Assembly: GCA_001661245.1 (NCBI GenBank) | Contig: KV454012.1 | Location: forward strand, 464,147 to 528,146 | Reading direction: 5' to 3' | From: Pachysolen tannophilus NRRL Y-2460 | Taxonomy: Eukaryota | DNA: 64,000 bases | Shown: positions 56,028 through 64,000 of the stretch, piece after piece | How the letters are laid out: each line of letters starts with the position of its first letter | How positions within the stretch are numbered: the stretch's first letter is position 1 | The notes under the pieces: generated by a model | Seen by the model: the letters and a program-made list of their open reading frames with translations, nothing else | Told to the model about the DNA's origin: nothing | The model's database searches: none | Translations under genes and position numbers: made by a program

Positions 56028-56562
56028 AATATTATGCCTCTATATGTATGTATGTATGTTGATTTTTAAAAAGCAAAAAAATAAAAATAAAAAAAATAAA
56101 TAGTTTCCTTATCAAATAATTTAAACCACCTTAACCACCTTTAAGAATCTAACTAATCTAGATAATAACAACAAAAAACAACAACAAAAAAAAAAAAAAA
56201 ATGATTAATTGATGGATAGATTTAACTCTTTTAAAATCTTTATAAAGTATATATTGCCTTTCAATATGCTTTTATTTGTTACATAACATTTTACTACTTG
56301 TTTCGATTAGCTAAAACAAAAAAAAAAAAAAAAAAAAAACGACGGAAATTTGAACGTTAGAAAACACACGACATGTGACACGCGACGTGTGACAAGAGAC
56401 GTGTGACATACTTACAATATGTGCCAGTACACGACCTTGTTTTTGGAGAACAAAAAAAATATAAAAGTAGTGTGCATTATATCAATTAAGAAAAAAGAAA
56501 ATTATTTTTTTATATATGTGTGGATGTTTTAATAAAAAAAAGATTTTTTTAATTTTTTCCTA

Positions 56563-56612
56563 TAGCCCTAACCCTAAAAGCAAATCACATGACTGGAATT
56601 TCAGCAGTCACA
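56563..56612. promoter_or_regulatory. Ribosomal-protein promoter module: Tbf1-type, Cbf1-like and Homol-D sites
   Basis: TAGCCCTAACCCTAA 56563-56577, TCACATGAC 56585-56593, CAGTCACA 56605-56612, about 250-290 bp upstream of RPS17. Confidence 0.65.
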
Positions 56613-56855
56613 GCAATATCATACAAAAATTGATTTCGCTCACTGCAATTTTTAAAAAACAAATCGTGTACATTTTACCCAAAAAAAAATTTGAACTTTT
56701 TCAAATAATTTTCACTCTTTCAAACCTGTTGAAGCTAGCTAGTTACGAAGAAAAGAAAGAAAAAAAAAAAGTTCACAATTTATAATATATATACTTTTTC
56801 AATTTTTCTCTTTTTTTATTTAAACAATATTTAAGAAGTATATTAATCAGACAAA

Positions 56856-57633
56856 ATGGTATGTGATGATTATAGTAATAATGAAAAACAAAGGGAGATT
56901 ATTTAGTTGTTTGCAATTCACTCAAGAAGAAAAATAGATAAATGGAGCGATATTCATTTAATAAAAAAGATGATTTATTTTATTCATGAAAAAAATATTT
57001 GTTGAGTGAACAAGAAGCAGTATAATTGAATTTATTTTTATGTTCATGTTATGTTTATGTTAAGTTTGAACGTTATGAATGATTTGTTTGCTTGTTTTCT
57101 TTAAAGATGTATTGCAGCAGAGCAGTTACTTGAATCTCCCTACTGGTTTATGACCGTTTTTTTGTAATTTTTCTTTACATTTTCTTTTACTAACTATTTA
57201 AATTATTTAATTATTATAGGGTCGTGTTAGAACTAAGACAGTTAAGCGTGCTTCTAAAGCATTAATCGAACGTTACTATCCAAAATTAACTTTGGATTTT
57301 GAAACCAACAAGCGTTTAACTGGTGAAATTGCTGTTATTGAATCAAAACGTTTAAGAAACAAAATTGCTGGTTACACAACTCATTTGATGAAACGTATTC
57401 AAAAAGGTCCAGTTAGAGGTATTTCTTTCAAATTACAAGAAGATGAAAGAGAACGTAAAGATCAATATGTCCCAGAAGTTTCTGCTTTGGATTTATCACA
57501 CACTAAGGACCAATTGGAATTAGATGCTGATACCTCTGAATTGGTTAAATCATTAGGTTTCAAATTACCAGTTTCTGTTGTTTCAGTCTCTTCTCAAAGA
57601 GGCCCAGCTAGACGTTTCAGAAAACAAAATTAA
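56856..57633 (+). CDS. RPS17: 40S ribosomal protein eS17, two exons
   Basis: Exon1 is the ATG at 56856-56858; intron 56859-57219 (GTATGT, TACTAAC at 57188, TAG); exon2 [30 protein letters not shown]. Confidence 0.98.
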
Positions 57634-57961
57634 AAAGATAATTTAAATGAATTTAAAAATTAAAAATTAAAAAAAAAAGATAGGGGTTTTTATTTTTTTT
57701 TTTTTTTCTTTTTTTCTTTTTTTTCTTTTGATCGTTTTACTTTTCTGTTTTTATGTAATGTTAATATATCTATATATCTTTTTTAAAAAAAAAAAAAAAA
57801 GAAATAACAAAATGTGGAGTGAATAGGAATGAATCATTCTACTACGTAGTTTATTATTTGAGCATATTTAATCTTAATTCATTGCAAATTTAAAAAAAAA
57901 AAAAAAAAAAAAATTTAAAGATAAAACGAATATAAATATATATACATATATGTATATTTTT

Positions 57962-59104
57962 TCAATTATTAAAATCTTCAAGTAATTTTTTTCCTAAATC
58001 TTTCAAATCTTTATTTTTTTGTTCAATTTTACTTGATTTAAATTGTAAAGCCATTGCATAGTTATCAATGATTTCTTTCAAATTGGTGATATTTGATTGA
58101 AATCCAATTCTTATAAAAATTAAACTTTTAATCAATTTTTCATAATCTCTTGAAAAATTTAATCCTTTAATTGCCCAATCATTAAAACTTAAACTTGCAA
58201 GTTTAGCAATACCATTATTTTCCATAATTAATTCTTCTCCAGCTTGTAAAATTTCATTCAAATTCTCATTTGAAGATGGTTCTAATAAATTAGTTTCAAC
58301 TTGATAAACTTGAGGTTTCTTAAGTGTATTGGAAATAACTTGTTTTTTAGAAGGTAACCTAATATCATTCTCTTTATCATTGTTGAACTTTCTTTTCTTG
58401 TTATCGTTGTTAATAACTTGCCTTTTTTCGTGTTGTCTCCTAGAACCTCCGGTTCTCATATTTTTACATGGAGATGTATTTGGAGAACTAGTATCAATAC
58501 CTTCATCGTCAAAATCAGCAGCTTCTAAAGTTCCAACTAATTTTGTACTCAAAGAATTGGATTTCCCTTCAATGAAATATTTACTTAATTGTAAAGCAGT
58601 CGAGTTGGCAGCAACCGGTGGATAATGATGATGATTTTTATTTGGAGGTGAAATCACGAGCTGATTAGAAATCTTATCTAAAGGAGTACTTGTATAGTCA
58701 TTAGTTAAAATATCGTTATTCTTATTCGATAACTTGGGTTTCTCTTTGTTAGAAATAGATTGTTGTTTTTTAACAGTTAAAGAATTGTTATTCCCATTTA
58801 CAATTATTTTCTTATTCAAATCAACATTCACATTAGAATTTTGTAATGGTTTTTGGTAATGAACTTTATTTTGACTCGTCTTCGTAGCAGGTAATAACGA
58901 CTTGTTTAAAGAAGAAGGATGTACCGACAATTTCACTTGGTCCGTAGGTTCACTTTTAACCGCCGTCTTTATGTTCAAATTACTATTATCTATCGAATTT
59001 TTATTCTGATGCAACTTGTTCAACGAAGCTGAATGTCTATCATTATTTAATTCTTGTTTAATCTTGACATTGTCATGAGATGCAAAAACTGGTTTGGATG
59101 ACAT
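57962..59104 (-). CDS. ECM11: Ecm11-like meiotic synaptonemal-complex protein
   Basis: Disordered N-terminus; C-terminal LSFNDW..G..F..YEKLI....R..coiled coil..LKDLGKKLL resembles the ECM11 domain; next to RPS17 as YDR446W/YDR447C. Confidence 0.6.
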   Translation of the reverse strand: MSSKPVFASHDNVKIKQELNNDRHSASLNKLHQNKNSIDNSNLNIKTAVKSEPTDQVKLSVHPSSLNKSLLPATKTSQNKVHYQKPLQNSNVNVDLNKKIIVNGNNNSLTVKKQQSISNKEKPKLSNKNNDILTNDYTSTPLDKISNQLVISPPNKNHHHYPPVAANSTALQLSKYFIEGKSNSLSTKLVGTLEAADFDDEGIDTSSPNTSPCKNMRTGGSRRQHEKRQVINNDNKKRKFNNDKENDIRLPSKKQVISNTLKKPQVYQVETNLLEPSSNENLNEILQAGEELIMENNGIAKLASLSFNDWAIKGLNFSRDYEKLIKSLIFIRIGFQSNITNLKEIIDNYAMALQFKSSKIEQKNKDLKDLGKKLLEDFNN

Positions 59105-59575
59105 GATTCAATCAATCTCTTCAACCTTTTGATGATCAAAAAACCTCAATAATTAAACAACACCATTAATCTGAAGGTGGTTGGTATCGACAATTTAATA
59201 TATAATTCCCATAAAATCAAGAGTTTCCTTTTTGGGGGATATTTAATACAACATTTTGGATGTTGTATTCCCCTTACGCAAAGCTAGTTTTTCAATTTAC
59301 AAAAATGATATAAAAGCGTAGACTAATCTAAATAAATATAAATTCTAAAACAATAACAGTAACGAAACAAAGATTAATAAAAAAATCGGAATGAAAAAAA
59401 AAATCCAATAAAGTAAATTCATCAAACACTCATTAGTTTGAACAGGCCTTCCCACTTGTTTTGACATGAAAGCATAAAAGTTCAAGAAAAAAAAAAAATG
59501 ATAATAATAATAATAATAATAATAATAATTTTAAAAGTGTCATGTCCCTATAAGACGTCCTATTTTATTTTTTGT

Positions 59576-61372
59576 CTAACTCCAATTTCCAGTTCTTAGA
59601 GACAATAAGTTCTCAATGCATTCATCTTCGCCCCTGCCTTTTTTTTTGATAGTTGTTGTTTTAGTTATTGAAGATGGAACTTGTTCATTCTTGTCACTCA
59701 AAACTTTTTTATTTACTTGCTCTTTTGGAAATACCAGACATGTTTGAACAACGGTTACTCCAGAATTCGCAAAAGAAGTTTTAGTGGTTGTGGCTATTTT
59801 TGAAGGTGAGGAGGATAATGATTGAGAATTGAATGGTGTTAAAAATTTGACTTTATTGTTTTGAAAATTTTTAGATTTGTCATTTAATTCTTCTTTAAGC
59901 ACATTTTCATTACTCTCGGGTTTTATAATTGTTCTTGTTGGAGTTTGATCTGCTGCTGAATGAGTCTTGTGACAAATTACACTTGATGAGGAGTATGGTG
60001 TATTTGTGATGCATGATTGGTTAGGAGTTGGCAATAACATATTATTTGTCAAATTATTGATTGAAGGAATTGCAGAAGCGCTAGTCGATTTGTTTGAATA
60101 ATGATGAGCGTGATGATGATTGTCAACTCCCTTATTCAACTTAAAAGTCATGGTAGTCCCAGAAATTTCATTAGCTGGTGTATGTAATTGTCTGACTGGA
60201 GTAGCAGGGAAATATTTTGCAGGAGTGAAAACAGTCCATGTTGCTTGCAGCGGCAAAGGTTGATATTTTTTAGGATCGTGCAGTTCTTGACTACTTTCGA
60301 AATTTTGTGGAGATGATTCAATCTCCTGTTTGCTCGAAGATCTTTTTAACGTTGATGAACAATCATTTGAAGCATACGATGTTAATTCTGCTTTCAGTTG
60401 ACCATTGAAGCCAGGAGATGACGATACTAATGGACTTGTAGCAAAATTATCAGAGTTTGTCATATTGCCATTGGTATTATAAGTCATCATTTGAAATTTA
60501 GTTGGTGTGTTTTGTAACGAATGCGAACTAATTGGTGATGTAGAATCACTAGAATTACCGAGTAATTCTGATTTTTCTGGTAACATGATAGTTGATGTTT
60601 GACTGCTTTTCTGCTTTCTAATCGCTTGTCTTTTATTTTGAAACCAAATTTGAACCAGCTTTTCGGTCATGTTGACTTTTGATGCAATAACTTGTCTTCT
60701 TGCTCTATTTGGGGTATGGCCAATTTCAAATTCTTGTTGCAATACTGACAATTCGTTTGGCGAAGTTCTACGTCTCTTACGACGTGCTAATTGGGCATTA
60801 TCAATTGATGGTTCATGTGAGGGGAAAGTAGCAGGAGAATGTGAAATAAAGGCAAAAGATCTTTTGTCAGTTTGTTTTGTAATTGACTTGTTGCCAGAAC
60901 TATTGTTGTTATTGCTAGCATTCTTATTTTCATTGATTTGAGGCTGCTGTTTCACTGGGGTTGGAGGTGTCCCAATACTTTGGTTTTCATCTCCCTGTTG
61001 CGTCTTACTTACAGCGAGCATTAATTCAGAATTTTTTTCTACCTTAATGCTCGATGTTAATGAGTCAATTGATGGTAATCTAAACGATGTAAGTCTATTG
61101 GTATTAGCTGATTCTGTTGGTGACAATTTATGAGCTATTAAATCAGTGGTTGTATATGATCTAGCAGGGGATGTGACCGACTGTTCCGAGTTTGGCAATG
61201 ACTTCGAACGTTTCAATTCACGATGGTGAAGATTTTGATGATTTAAAAGTTCTGAGAGTGGTGGTAAAGTTCTAATATTTTTCGATGTATTAATACGACT
61301 TTGCGTTGCCGCAAATGAATGAAATGATTTGCTATGGTTATTCATCGTCTGTGTCTGTGGCGAGCTCGACAT
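59576..61372 (-). CDS. YOX1: Homeodomain cell-cycle repressor
   Basis: [31 protein letters not shown]..[15 protein letters not shown]; first ATG at 61372. Confidence 0.93.
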   Translation of the reverse strand: MSSSPQTQTMNNHSKSFHSFAATQSRINTSKNIRTLPPLSELLNHQNLHHRELKRSKSLPNSEQSVTSPARSYTTTDLIAHKLSPTESANTNRLTSFRLPSIDSLTSSIKVEKNSELMLAVSKTQQGDENQSIGTPPTPVKQQPQINENKNASNNNNSSGNKSITKQTDKRSFAFISHSPATFPSHEPSIDNAQLARRKRRRTSPNELSVLQQEFEIGHTPNRARRQVIASKVNMTEKLVQIWFQNKRQAIRKQKSSQTSTIMLPEKSELLGNSSDSTSPISSHSLQNTPTKFQMMTYNTNGNMTNSDNFATSPLVSSSPGFNGQLKAELTSYASNDCSSTLKRSSSKQEIESSPQNFESSQELHDPKKYQPLPLQATWTVFTPAKYFPATPVRQLHTPANEISGTTMTFKLNKGVDNHHHAHHYSNKSTSASAIPSINNLTNNMLLPTPNQSCITNTPYSSSSVICHKTHSAADQTPTRTIIKPESNENVLKEELNDKSKNFQNNKVKFLTPFNSQSLSSSPSKIATTTKTSFANSGVTVVQTCLVFPKEQVNKKVLSDKNEQVPSSITKTTTIKKKGRGEDECIENLLSLRTGNWS

Positions 61373-61922
61373 ATTAAAATTGAGATTAAATGCTATTGAA
61401 AAAGGATAATTCACAGCGTGTCAAATGGTAAATAACCAATGATTCTTGGAAATAAAAACAACCAAAAAAAAAAAAAAAAAGAAAAAAGAGAGAGTAATTT
61501 AAGAAAGAATTCTTTCTTTTAAAAGAAGAAGAAAAAAAAATTTAAATTGAAAAAGAAGGGGAATTAATTTGAGGTGAAATAGGATCAAAAGGAATGCCAA
61601 TATATATATATATATACATATATATTTTTATATATATGTATATGTATAACATATATATGTGTTTAAATTAATAATACACCATATTTCTTCTCAAAAGGGT
61701 TCCTTAATTACGGACAGTGATAGTATCAATTTGAATAAATTACCAAAAAAAGGAGGCTCTTTCTTCTTTCCGCTAAACAATGATCGCGACGTGAACTCGA
61801 CTATTCACTCATTTTGTTATGATTTACATACGTTCTTAACGTGTACTTTCAGCTCTACAGGTTTCCCATAATTATCATTGTTTTTATTTACATATGCACA
61901 AGTGCCTTGAAAAATAAATTAG

Positions 61923-61957
61923 ACGCGTTTAAAAGTGATCCAATTTAAAACACGAAA
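61923..61957. promoter_or_regulatory. MCB and SCB elements upstream of YOX1
   Basis: ACGCGT 61923-61928, CACGAAA 61951-61957. Confidence 0.5.
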
Positions 61958-62892
61958 CATTGAGAAACCGCTTTTTCGCTTGTTGGAAACGTAAAATTTC
62001 CCAAGCTTTTAGGCGGAAGAAAAATTCGCGCTCAAGTGCTTAATTTTTCGTTGAGTTAATGGGGTTTCTTCCTAAAATCAATAGATGCGATCCAAATTGC
62101 GATCATTAAGTTTTGGCTAAATAATATCCATTTTTGTCCGATAATAGCAAAAAGGCGAAGGCCTTTAATCCCAACTTACTCAATTAAGAACAAAGCCATT
62201 CCAAAACGAAAATAATACAAATAAAAAAATAAATAAATAAAAAAAAATCATTGGGTCTAACAACTTAGCCCCTGTTACTAGTTTAAAAAGTTTTGGATTG
62301 AGAACTTAAGGAACTAAACTACAGTTTACAAGGACTCTTTTTTTTTTTCTTCACCAATAGCCAAAGTAGGAAGCAATCAAAAAAATTAGTTTTATTAGTT
62401 TTATTTCCATCATCCCTAAATACAGCTGAGATGAAGATTTCAAATGGTCACTCGTTCACACAGTACATATCAGAAATTTTACAAGTAAATCAGCTAAGAC
62501 AAAAAGTGACAATCATATTAATCCAAAGGCATTAAAAGAGGAAGAAGTATATTAATTCAGGATAAATTGGTCTGTATGCCATATAGTTTAGGGATTAATT
62601 CCCCCAATGAAATAAATTAAATTTCCTCTTTCGGTATTCATGCAGAGCATCATTTAGGAAATGACATCCAAATTTGGAAATTTTATTTTTTTTTTTTTTT
62701 TTTTCTTTTATTTTTTTTATTTTCATTTTCATTTTTAACAAGCATTAAAAAGTTTATTTTATTGATTTAACCTTTTTCTTTTTTTGTCTTGCTAGAAACG
62801 TCTCATCACATCACCTTTAAGGTCTTGCTAAAAATAAAGTATTAGTCCTGCTGACTTGCTCAGAGGAGTAAGGTTGATACCTACTAGTGATT

Positions 62893-64000
62893 ATGACCAA
62901 AATTAAAGAGAGTGCAAATGGGGGAGATTCATCAAGACTAGTTGACGGTTGCAGATACAGCAATAGTTGTAGTGAAATGCACAGTCGAAGAAAAAATAAT
63001 ATTTATAAGATAGTATTGCCGTTAATAATTCTTTTATTATTGGGTATACCCTTAACAATCAAGAGTCATCATTTGGTTGACGAAAAATTCAATGATAATA
63101 TTGTTATCAGTGATCATAACAATAATAATAATAATTTTAAGATAACTTATATACCAAAAAATGATGATGAAATAAGTGATTTGGAGAAATTAGGTTTAAC
63201 AGTAAAGCCTTCTGTTGAAATTGAGAATATTGATTTAAAAACTAAAAAAGTAATCCATGGTAGATTTTTACATATTACTGATATCCATCCTGATGAATAT
63301 TATAAAGTTGGTTCTGACTATGATGAAGCTTGTCATCAGTCTAAAAAAGGTAGTAAACACAAGCACCATAAGGCATCAAAATACGGCGATGCTATGAAAG
63401 GTTGTGATTCCCCACTTATCTTGATGGAAGATACACTAAAATGGATTTCAGATAATTTAAAGGATAAAATTGATTTTGTCGTATGGACAGGAGATAATAT
63501 GAGGCATGATAATGATAGAAATTATCCTCGTTTAGAAAAAGAAATTTTTACAATGAATGAAAAAGTTGCAGGCTTATTTGATGAAACTTTCAAAGATCTA
63601 GGAGAAAATAACACAGACCCAAGAGAACGGAGAATAAAAATCATTCCAAGTTTAGGAAATAATGATGTGTATCCTCATAATTTATTTGCTCCGGGTCCAA
63701 CTGTTCAAACAAGAGAAATGTGGAGGATTTGGAAAAATTATGTTCCTGCTGAACAATTACATGTCTTTGCCCGTGGTGCCTATTTTTTTTCTGAGGTGAT
63801 TCCAAACAAATTGGCAGTATTATCTATAAATACTTTGTACCTTTATCAAGCTAACCCAGTTGTTGATAATTGTGATAAGAAAAAACAACCAGGCTACAAA
63901 TTATTTGAGTGGCTTGGTGTAACTTTAAAAGAATTACGTTCAAGAGGAATGAAAGTTTGGCTTACTGGCCATGTTCCACCAAATCCTAAAAATTATGATA
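62893..64000 (+). CDS. PPN1: Vacuolar endopolyphosphatase, 3'-truncated (not in the ORF track)
   Basis: ATG at 62893, N-terminal TM; HGRFLHITDIHPD, GCDSP, WTGDNMRHDND, PSLGNNDVYPHN, LTGHVPP; open to the window end. Confidence 0.95.
   Translation, partial: MTKIKESANGGDSSRLVDGCRYSNSCSEMHSRRKNNIYKIVLPLIILLLLGIPLTIKSHHLVDEKFNDNIVISDHNNNNNNFKITYIPKNDDEISDLEKLGLTVKPSVEIENIDLKTKKVIHGRFLHITDIHPDEYYKVGSDYDEACHQSKKGSKHKHHKASKYGDAMKGCDSPLILMEDTLKWISDNLKDKIDFVVWTGDNMRHDNDRNYPRLEKEIFTMNEKVAGLFDETFKDLGENNTDPRERRIKIIPSLGNNDVYPHNLFAPGPTVQTREMWRIWKNYVPAEQLHVFARGAYFFSEVIPNKLAVLSINTLYLYQANPVVDNCDKKKQPGYKLFEWLGVTLKELRSRGMKVWLTGHVPPNPKNYD

Noticed and set aside
56863..56869. Box C-like GTGATGA at the start of the RPS17 intron
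   Set aside because: Overlaps the 5' splice site and no CTGA box D was found in the intron
62668..62677. CCAAATTTGG possible Mcm1 site
   Set aside because: Single site about 1.3 kb from the YOX1 ATG; expected by chance in AT-rich DNA
1..64000. tRNA, rRNA or transposon genes
   Set aside because: No cloverleaf, rRNA or transposase/reverse-transcriptase motifs seen by eye; tRNAscan-SE and Infernal were not run

Overview
AT-rich budding-yeast (Saccharomycotina) chromosomal DNA with four N-gaps and about 37 protein-coding genes, five of them spliced (ERV1, ODC, MRPL39, a zinc-ribbon gene, RPS17). IPI3 and PPN1 run off the window edges. CTG codons mostly fall at non-Leu positions and fit Ala best, so this is probably a CUG-Ala yeast (Pachysolen-like; inference), and the ORF-track translations are likely wrong at CTG. 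From TRM9 to PPN1 the gene set matches an ancient block that in S. cerevisiae is split between YML009-027 and YDR436-452. Main leads: (1) an ~0.85 kb structured non-coding island between an MNN4-like gene and PEX5, with telomere-template-like repeats and an Sm-like site (telomerase RNA candidate); (2) two inverted GNAT paralogs with identical internal patches that flank APT1, next to the polyamine transporter HOL1, with a shared TTTTCCGC + GATAAG promoter signature; (3) an orphan protein built from degenerate ubiquitin-like domains; (4) retention of SNRNP27 alongside GTAAG 5' splice sites. The second APT1 copy is probably an assembly overlap. All identifications come from recalled family motifs; no searches were run.
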